Shown here: positions 58,439-64,000 of the stretch, piece after piece | How positions within the stretch are numbered: the stretch's first letter is position 1 | Layout of the letters: every line of letters begins with the position of its first letter | Assembly: GCA_031367385.1 (NCBI GenBank) | Contig: JANLPS010000514.1 | Location: 21,366 to 85,365 of the forward strand | Length of the DNA stretch: 64,000 nt | DNA from: Archangium sp. | GTDB taxonomy: Bacteria > Myxococcota > Myxococcia > Myxococcales > Myxococcaceae | Reading direction: 5' to 3' | The notes under the pieces: model-generated | Databases searched by the model: none | The model's input: the letters and a program-made list of their open reading frames with translations, nothing else | Told to the model about the DNA's origin: nothing | Program-made: the position numbers and the translations under genes

Positions 58439-59449
58439 TCAGCCCTCTTTCAGCTCGAAGGCAGTCAAGGTGTCGTGCCCTTCGACTTCGCGGTGCACGA
58501 ACACCAGGCCTTCTCCGGCCAGCAACGCCCGGCTGTGAGGAAAAGCCTCATTCGGAGCGAACGCCTTGCGCCCATCGGTGAGGTCAAAACCGACCACCTT
58601 GCCCAATGCATTGAGCACCCAGGCAAACCCGTCAGAGACGACCGGGTTGAGCATCGCGGGCTTCTTCGCGCCTGAGCTGACCGTCCACTTCGGTTCGCCG
58701 GTGGCGGCGTCGAGCGAATGCACCATGCCGAGGTGATCGACGGCGATGATCTGCGGCCCCGCCAACGCCATGCGCGACGAGAGATCGAACGGCTTGCGCC
58801 ACCGCTCGACACCCTTCGGGTCGAAGCACCGAACGATGCCGTTGACCATCGCGAGCAACCCATCGTGGCCCCAGGCCACCGGCATCGCGTCGTCGAGCGT
58901 GAGCGCCACGCTTTCGTCGAGCAAATACCCGCGCAAACCCTGGTGCGGGCTCACCAGCGCGACCACCATCTCGCCAGCGCCGATCAGCGTGTTGACCGTC
59001 AGCCCCGCCTCGACCGCGATCAACACGTTCTCTTGCGCATGATCATCGATGCCGACGATCTCTCCAGTCTTCGCCAGCGCCAGGTAGGCCTGCGTGGCGG
59101 TCGACGCCATGCACGTGCTGCCCACCGGCCCGTCGAGCTGAAGCTCGGTGCGGCCATGCTCGGCTCCGGTCGCGGCATCGAAAGCGAAGACCGTCTTCGA
59201 CCACACCTCGGCTTTGCTGCGCTTGGCGAGCACGACCAACACGGTGTCGCCGACCACCTCGAAGCCCTCGCACATCAAGCCCGTCTCGCCGCGCGAGTAG
59301 CGAAGCGAGCCATCGACGCGGCTCCAGGCGCTGACCGCTCCGGTGGCGCTCGCGCCGAAGACCAGGCCATGCGCTGCGTGAAGCCGATTGATGCCAGGAG
59401 GGAGCGCCACTTGCCAACGGGTGACACAGCTGCGTTTTGCGTGGCTCAT
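58439..59449 (-). CDS. PQQ-like beta-propeller protein
   Basis: Repeated A/S-x-D-AATG...W motifs. Start moved to ATG 59449. Confidence 0.75.
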   Translation of the reverse strand: MSHAKRSCVTRWQVALPPGINRLHAAHGLVFGASATGAVSAWSRVDGSLRYSRGETGLMCEGFEVVGDTVLVVLAKRSKAEVWSKTVFAFDAATGAEHGRTELQLDGPVGSTCMASTATQAYLALAKTGEIVGIDDHAQENVLIAVEAGLTVNTLIGAGEMVVALVSPHQGLRGYLLDESVALTLDDAMPVAWGHDGLLAMVNGIVRCFDPKGVERWRKPFDLSSRMALAGPQIIAVDHLGMVHSLDAATGEPKWTVSSGAKKPAMLNPVVSDGFAWVLNALGKVVGFDLTDGRKAFAPNEAFPHSRALLAGEGLVFVHREVEGHDTLTAFELKEG

Positions 59450-59617
59450 GACGGCTCTTTTCTGTTGAGCCAAGGCCCTAGGCGTTGGCTCGTGAAGCGC
59501 GGTGCATAGCAGCAGAGGGCAGCGCAACCCATTGAAAATATTAGGCCAAAAAAAGAATAAATACCCTGTGAATACCACCTGCGCGCACCCGTCACACCCA
59601 GCAGGAGGTTCACCACC

Positions 59618-60625
59618 ATGATGAGCCGCATACTGGTCGCTTCACTCTGCTTCACTTCACTCACCGCTCTCGCGCAGTCGTACGAGGGCCAGTACTCCCC
59701 TCCACCGCTGCCCAGTGACGAGTATGGCGACGAGCAGCTGGTCGACAGCCAGCCCGGTCAGAACTTCGAATCAGCGCAGCAATTCGTGCAGCCGCTCGCG
59801 CCCTATGGCTCGTGGGTCTCAGACGAAGGGGTGACGGCGTTTCAGCCTTCGCCGCAAATCGTCGGCAGCGACTTCACCCCGTACGCGAGCTTTGGTCAGT
59901 GGGCTGCCACCACCGCCGGGTGGGAGTTTCAGTCGTCGCTGCCTTTTAGCTGGGCGACCTTCCACTACGGCCGGTGGTACCAATCGCCGCGGTACGGGTG
60001 GGTTTGGGTGCCTGACACGCAGTGGGCTCCCAGCTGGGTCGAGTGGCGCTACGGCGGCGGCTACGCAGGCTGGTCACCGTTGGCCCCCCGGTACGTGAGT
60101 GCGTCGTATCAACCGCGCTGGTTCTTCGTGGAGTCGTGCAACCTGCGAAACTCGAACGTCTTCAGGTACGGCATCGACCGCTCGCGGGCCTGGGGCCTGA
60201 CGGTTGGGTTGCCTTCAGGGCGTGGCGGCTGGCATGTCGGGCCGTCGTACGGTGAGTGGCGCTCGCGATACGCGCCGCAGATTCACGTGCGCTTTGGTGG
60301 CAATTACAACCGCGGGCCGTTTCCTCCGTCGCGTTCATACGAGTCGCCGCACCACGGGTACTTTGGCGGGTATCACGAAGCGGTCCCGCCTCCGCCTCCT
60401 CCGTCGTACAATACCGGTGGCGACTTTCATGGCGGTGGCCACTTCGGTGGTGGGCAGGCGTCGCTGCCTCCGCCGTCGTACAACAGCGGCGGCGGCTTTC
60501 ATGGCGGTGGTCACTTCGGTGGTGGGTACGCCTCGTCGCCTCCTCCGCCCCCGCCCTCGTACAACGGCGGTGGGTCTCATGGCGGTGGAGGCGGGTTTCA
60601 CGGCGGCGGTCACGGGCGCCGGTAA
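59618..60625 (+). CDS. DUF6600-like secreted protein with Pro/Gly/His low-complexity tail
   Basis: AGGAGG RBS and signal peptide; LAPYGSW, PY..GQW, WATFHYGRW, WAPSWV.WR, GWSPL. Confidence 0.8.
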   Translation: MMSRILVASLCFTSLTALAQSYEGQYSPPPLPSDEYGDEQLVDSQPGQNFESAQQFVQPLAPYGSWVSDEGVTAFQPSPQIVGSDFTPYASFGQWAATTAGWEFQSSLPFSWATFHYGRWYQSPRYGWVWVPDTQWAPSWVEWRYGGGYAGWSPLAPRYVSASYQPRWFFVESCNLRNSNVFRYGIDRSRAWGLTVGLPSGRGGWHVGPSYGEWRSRYAPQIHVRFGGNYNRGPFPPSRSYESPHHGYFGGYHEAVPPPPPPSYNTGGDFHGGGHFGGGQASLPPPSYNSGGGFHGGGHFGGGYASSPPPPPPSYNGGGSHGGGGGFHGGGHGRR

Positions 60626-60682
60626 CCGCTGAGCGATGAAGAAAACGAGCACCTCGGCGCGGTCAGCCGGGGTGCTTTTTCG

Positions 60683-63283
60683 TTAGAAGCACTGGCCGGG
60701 GGGGCCGACCGTGCAGTTCGATTCGCACACTCCATCGATGCAGGTTCGGGTCGAGCCGCACGCATACAGGTGATAGCTCCAGACGCAGGTCGCGTTCGAG
60801 CAGACCCCGGTGCCGACGTCGTAAAGGCGCCGCGAGTTGCCGACGCAATCGGCCGGGGGCAACGGAGCGCTGCCACAGTCGTAGTCACTGACTCCATTGC
60901 CGCAGGAGCCCGCGCTGCAGGTGCCCGCGGCGTAGCTTCGAATGACCGTGGCCGAGATGCACGCTGGCGGTGGCGTGCCACACGTCATGTCGCTCGACGG
61001 AGCGGCTCCGCACACGCCGCCCGCGCAGGTGCCCGGCCCGCTGTACACGCGCCGGGTGACCCCATCGAGGCAGATCGGCGCCGGAGTGGCGCAGCTGACA
61101 CCGGAGCACGGGTCGCCCGCGCACCCATTCGCTGTCGCGTTGCACCCGAACGTGCACGACGAAGAGCCGGGCGCGTAGCTGCACACACCGGCGCCACTGC
61201 AGCTCCCCGTGCCCGCGTACGTGGTCAAGGTGCCCGCAGCGCAGGTCGACGCCGGCGGGTTGTTGCACGGCTGATCCATGCCGGGGTACCCGGAGCAGAG
61301 GCCGCCTGAACAGGAGCCCCCACCCGTGAAGACGTGGCGCGTGTTCGCGTCGGCGCAGGTCGGCGCCGGCACTGCGCTGCAGTTGACCGCTGCGCAGGGG
61401 TCGGGGTTACAGCTGCCATTGTTGCAACCGAAGGGGCACGCCGTGTCGGCATACGCCCCGGAGTAGTCGCACGAGCCTGCGCTGCAGGTGCCCGTCGTGT
61501 ACGTGCGTTTGAGCGTAGCGCTGGCGCACACCGGCGCGGGAGGGTTGTTGCAGGTCACCGACGCGCACGGGTCGGGCTTGCAGGTGCCGTTCATGCAGCC
61601 GAAGGCACAGGTGGTTTGCGTCACCGCGTAATCGCAGCTGCCCGCCGAGCACGTGCCACTCGCCGAGTAGGTGTTGCTCACCGAGCCTGAGCAGTACGGG
61701 TTCGGGGCCTGGTTGCACATCACTCCAGCGCACGGGTCGGGCTTGCACGCGCCATTCGCGCAGCCAAACGTGCACGTGGTCGTCGACGACGGGTAATTGC
61801 ACGAGCCCGAGGCGCAGGTGCCATTCGAGGTGTACGTCTTCAGGGCGTTCGAGACGCAGACCGCGGCGGGGGCGGTGCTGCAGGTGACTCCCGCGCAAGG
61901 GTCGCCCTGGCAGTTGCCGCCGGCGCAACCGTTGGCGCAGGTCACGTCTTGCGAAGCGTAGGTGCAGGTGCCGCCTGCGCAGGCGCCCGGGTTGACGTAG
62001 CTGCGGCGGGTGGTGCCCGACAGACAACTCGCCGCGGGGGGCATGTCGCAGGTCACGCCCGCGCACGCGTCTGCGTTGCAGTTGCCGGTGGCCGCGTTGC
62101 AGCCCTGAGGGCAGACCGTGGTCTGCGGCGCGTAGCTGCACGTGCCCGCGGCGCACGTACCCGGAGACACCGAGCTGATGCGGTTGGCCCCGTTGCACGT
62201 GGGCGCGGGCGGCGAGGTGCAGGTGACATTCGAGCACGGGTCGGTGTTGCATGCGCCTGCGCTGCAGCCGAACGGGCACGTCACATCGTGCGGCGCGTAG
62301 GTGCAGCCATTCGCGCTGCAGGTGCCGGGCGAGGCGAAGCTTCGCTCGACGTTGCCCACGCACACCGTGGCCGGAGGCGTCAGGCAGCCCTGGCAGATGT
62401 CTCCGATGCAGATGCCGCCGTCGGGCGTGCTCCCACAGCCGTTGGTACAGGTCTGCTCTTGCGGAGCGTAGGTACAGACGCCAGTCGCACACGCACCCGG
62501 CGCCGCGAACGCGCGTCGAACCGCCGTCGACGTGCAGAGCGCAGGAGGCGGCGCCATGCAGGTCGCGCAGGCGCTGCTCAAACCGCATTGAGTCGGGGTC
62601 TGCTCGCTGGGCCATATGCATTGGCCCGAGGCGGTGCAACACCCACCGGCGCAGCTCGTCGCGTCGCATGCGCACTGGCCCGCGGTGCAGCGTTGACCCG
62701 AGGCGCAGGCGCGCTTGCCACCGCATTGGCACTCGCCCGACGTTGAGCATTCGTCGGCGCCGACACCGCAGTTGGTGCAGGTCTGGCCGTTGCCTCCGCA
62801 TGAATTCGTCGCCCGCGGCGTGCAGGTCGAGCCGACACAACACCCGCCCAGGCAACTGGCCGCGCAGCCACTGCAGGTGCCGTTGATGCAGGTGTCTCCG
62901 GCCGCGGAGCACGTCTGACAGGCCATGCCGCCGTGCCCACACTGCGACGCGGTGGTGGTGGTGCGGCAGAGGTTGCCATCGCAGCAGCCCGTGGGGCAGG
63001 TCGAGGGAGAGCAGACGCCAGCGTCGAACGAGGTGCTCCCGCCGCCGCCGCCTTGCCCACCGCCTGTGTGCGTACCGCCGCCCTGACCTCCGCCGAGAGG
63101 CCCTCCGTCGGGGCTGCAGTCGAGGCGGCACTGAGAATCGGCGCAGCAGCTCAACCCTTCGGCGCAGACTCCGCCGTCATTGCACGCGAACGAGGTGAGC
63201 TTGGTGAGGTCGATGCAAGTGCAGCTGGCCAGGCAGAGGCTCATCGCGCCGAGCAACAGGCTGGTTCGGGTGAAAGACAGCAT
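60683..63283 (-). CDS. Large Cys-rich repeat lipoprotein
   Basis: LASC lipobox, Gly linker, about 10 units of DPCxxVxCxxPPAxxC...Y...GTC..G.C.Y...CxFGC. Confidence 0.85.
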   Translation of the reverse strand: MLSFTRTSLLLGAMSLCLASCTCIDLTKLTSFACNDGGVCAEGLSCCADSQCRLDCSPDGGPLGGGQGGGTHTGGGQGGGGGSTSFDAGVCSPSTCPTGCCDGNLCRTTTTASQCGHGGMACQTCSAAGDTCINGTCSGCAASCLGGCCVGSTCTPRATNSCGGNGQTCTNCGVGADECSTSGECQCGGKRACASGQRCTAGQCACDATSCAGGCCTASGQCIWPSEQTPTQCGLSSACATCMAPPPALCTSTAVRRAFAAPGACATGVCTYAPQEQTCTNGCGSTPDGGICIGDICQGCLTPPATVCVGNVERSFASPGTCSANGCTYAPHDVTCPFGCSAGACNTDPCSNVTCTSPPAPTCNGANRISSVSPGTCAAGTCSYAPQTTVCPQGCNAATGNCNADACAGVTCDMPPAASCLSGTTRRSYVNPGACAGGTCTYASQDVTCANGCAGGNCQGDPCAGVTCSTAPAAVCVSNALKTYTSNGTCASGSCNYPSSTTTCTFGCANGACKPDPCAGVMCNQAPNPYCSGSVSNTYSASGTCSAGSCDYAVTQTTCAFGCMNGTCKPDPCASVTCNNPPAPVCASATLKRTYTTGTCSAGSCDYSGAYADTACPFGCNNGSCNPDPCAAVNCSAVPAPTCADANTRHVFTGGGSCSGGLCSGYPGMDQPCNNPPASTCAAGTLTTYAGTGSCSGAGVCSYAPGSSSCTFGCNATANGCAGDPCSGVSCATPAPICLDGVTRRVYSGPGTCAGGVCGAAPSSDMTCGTPPPACISATVIRSYAAGTCSAGSCGNGVSDYDCGSAPLPPADCVGNSRRLYDVGTGVCSNATCVWSYHLYACGSTRTCIDGVCESNCTVGPPGQCF

Positions 63284-63361
63284 GGCCGACCGAGGGTAGC
63301 ACGGGTCGATTTCGAGGCGAGGCGCGCTGCCTCGTCGACGCGGCGCGGCGGTGAACTCGAG

Positions 63362-64000
63362 TTACCAGCAGGCCTCAACCGCCCAGCATCGCTCACCATG
63401 GAGGTGCCGCTCACGGCAGTGCGCGACCAGCTCGACATCAGCGCCTGACTCGTCGAGGGCATCGGCCAGCACCAGGAGCCCGTCGGGGGTGACCCGCCCT
63501 CGCAGCTCGGCTGCGTGTGCCTTGACGGAGGCGGAGACCGCCCGGCTCAGCTCGGTGGGGCGCCAGAGGAGGTGACAGGGGCCCGAGAGACCATGGAGCT
63601 GCGGGCATGAGAGCGCGACCCGCGCCCCGCGATGCCAGACGTCGCTCGGCCCTGCGTGGGGCTCGGCCCAGGTTGCGTGTGCGAGGGAGTAGGCGCGGGT
63701 CGTATCGCCCAACACATAGAGCGTCGACCCATCGGTGCCGAGTGAGCGGCCGGTGACGTCGGGCACATACCTCGCCAGCTTTCGGGGGCTGGCGTCGAAG
63801 AGGGCGACGCCGTTTTGCGCGTTGAAATAGGGCATCGCCTCGCCGAACTCCTCGCTGCCATCGCTCGCGTCTCCGAAGAGGGCGAAGCGATTCTCATCGA
63901 GCCAGCAGGCCTCCACGTCCCACCACTCCGACATCAGCTGGGTCGTCATCGCGGGTGTGCCGCCGGTGCCGAGCCAGGCGTCGACGTCGATGATCTTGAG
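63362..64000 (-). CDS. Partial hypothetical protein with C-terminal LADAL...HCR...H...CW domain
   Basis: Frame stays open to the window end (LKIIDVDAWLG...); C-terminus LLVLADALDESGADVELVAHCRERHLHGERCWAVEAC. Confidence 0.7.
   Translation of the reverse strand, partial: LKIIDVDAWLGTGGTPAMTTQLMSEWWDVEACWLDENRFALFGDASDGSEEFGEAMPYFNAQNGVALFDASPRKLARYVPDVTGRSLGTDGSTLYVLGDTTRAYSLAHATWAEPHAGPSDVWHRGARVALSCPQLHGLSGPCHLLWRPTELSRAVSASVKAHAAELRGRVTPDGLLVLADALDESGADVELVAHCRERHLHGERCWAVEACW

Noticed and set aside
37486..63283. Eukaryotic contamination as the source of plant-like urease and Cys-rich proteins
   Set aside because: No introns, operonic overlaps, lipoboxes and GC-rich codon usage continuous with the flanking bacterial genes.
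1..64000. Numerous long antisense and alternate-frame ORFs in the supplied track (e.g. 881..2026, 13069..14307, 25232..26506, 61407..63131)
   Set aside because: Arg/Ala/Pro-rich shadows of well-supported genes, expected at high GC; no family motifs.

Overview
High-GC, gene-dense bacterial chromosome segment, most likely a myxobacterium (Myxococcota). That call rests on a recognisable aibRABC operon, a MYXO-CTERM protein, many Cys-rich lipoproteins and a TIGR02996-like domain. About 50 CDSs are supported; I found no rRNA, tRNA, CRISPR array or transposase. Main blocks, left to right: (1) a glycan-related locus (GT4, GT-C-like membrane protein, two sugar-related lipoproteins) around an unusual PilZ-sigma54 activator with a matching enhancer/IHF/sigma54 promoter layout; (2) a XylR-type activator and the aib isovaleryl-CoA operon, ending in a METTL20-like methyltransferase instead of mvaS; (3) adaA-alkA/ogt repair genes; (4) a DUF3494 ice-binding lipoprotein divergent from an OmpA protein; (5) a heterodimeric ABC exporter, cdd, an SDR, an M14 peptidase and RapA; (6) a divergent citrate synthase / HTH-citrate synthase pair; (7) a urease cluster that looks plant/fungal-type (fused gamma-beta, His-rich UreG, no ureE in the cluster); (8) a repeat-stalked extracellular nuclease; (9) an ECF/FecR module with a 153-bp tandem repeat; (10) a lactonase-like hydrolase with LysR, two-component genes and Cys-rich surface proteins. 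All family calls come from reading motifs by eye and from recalled homologues; no database searches were run. Several start codons were moved from the supplied ORF track.
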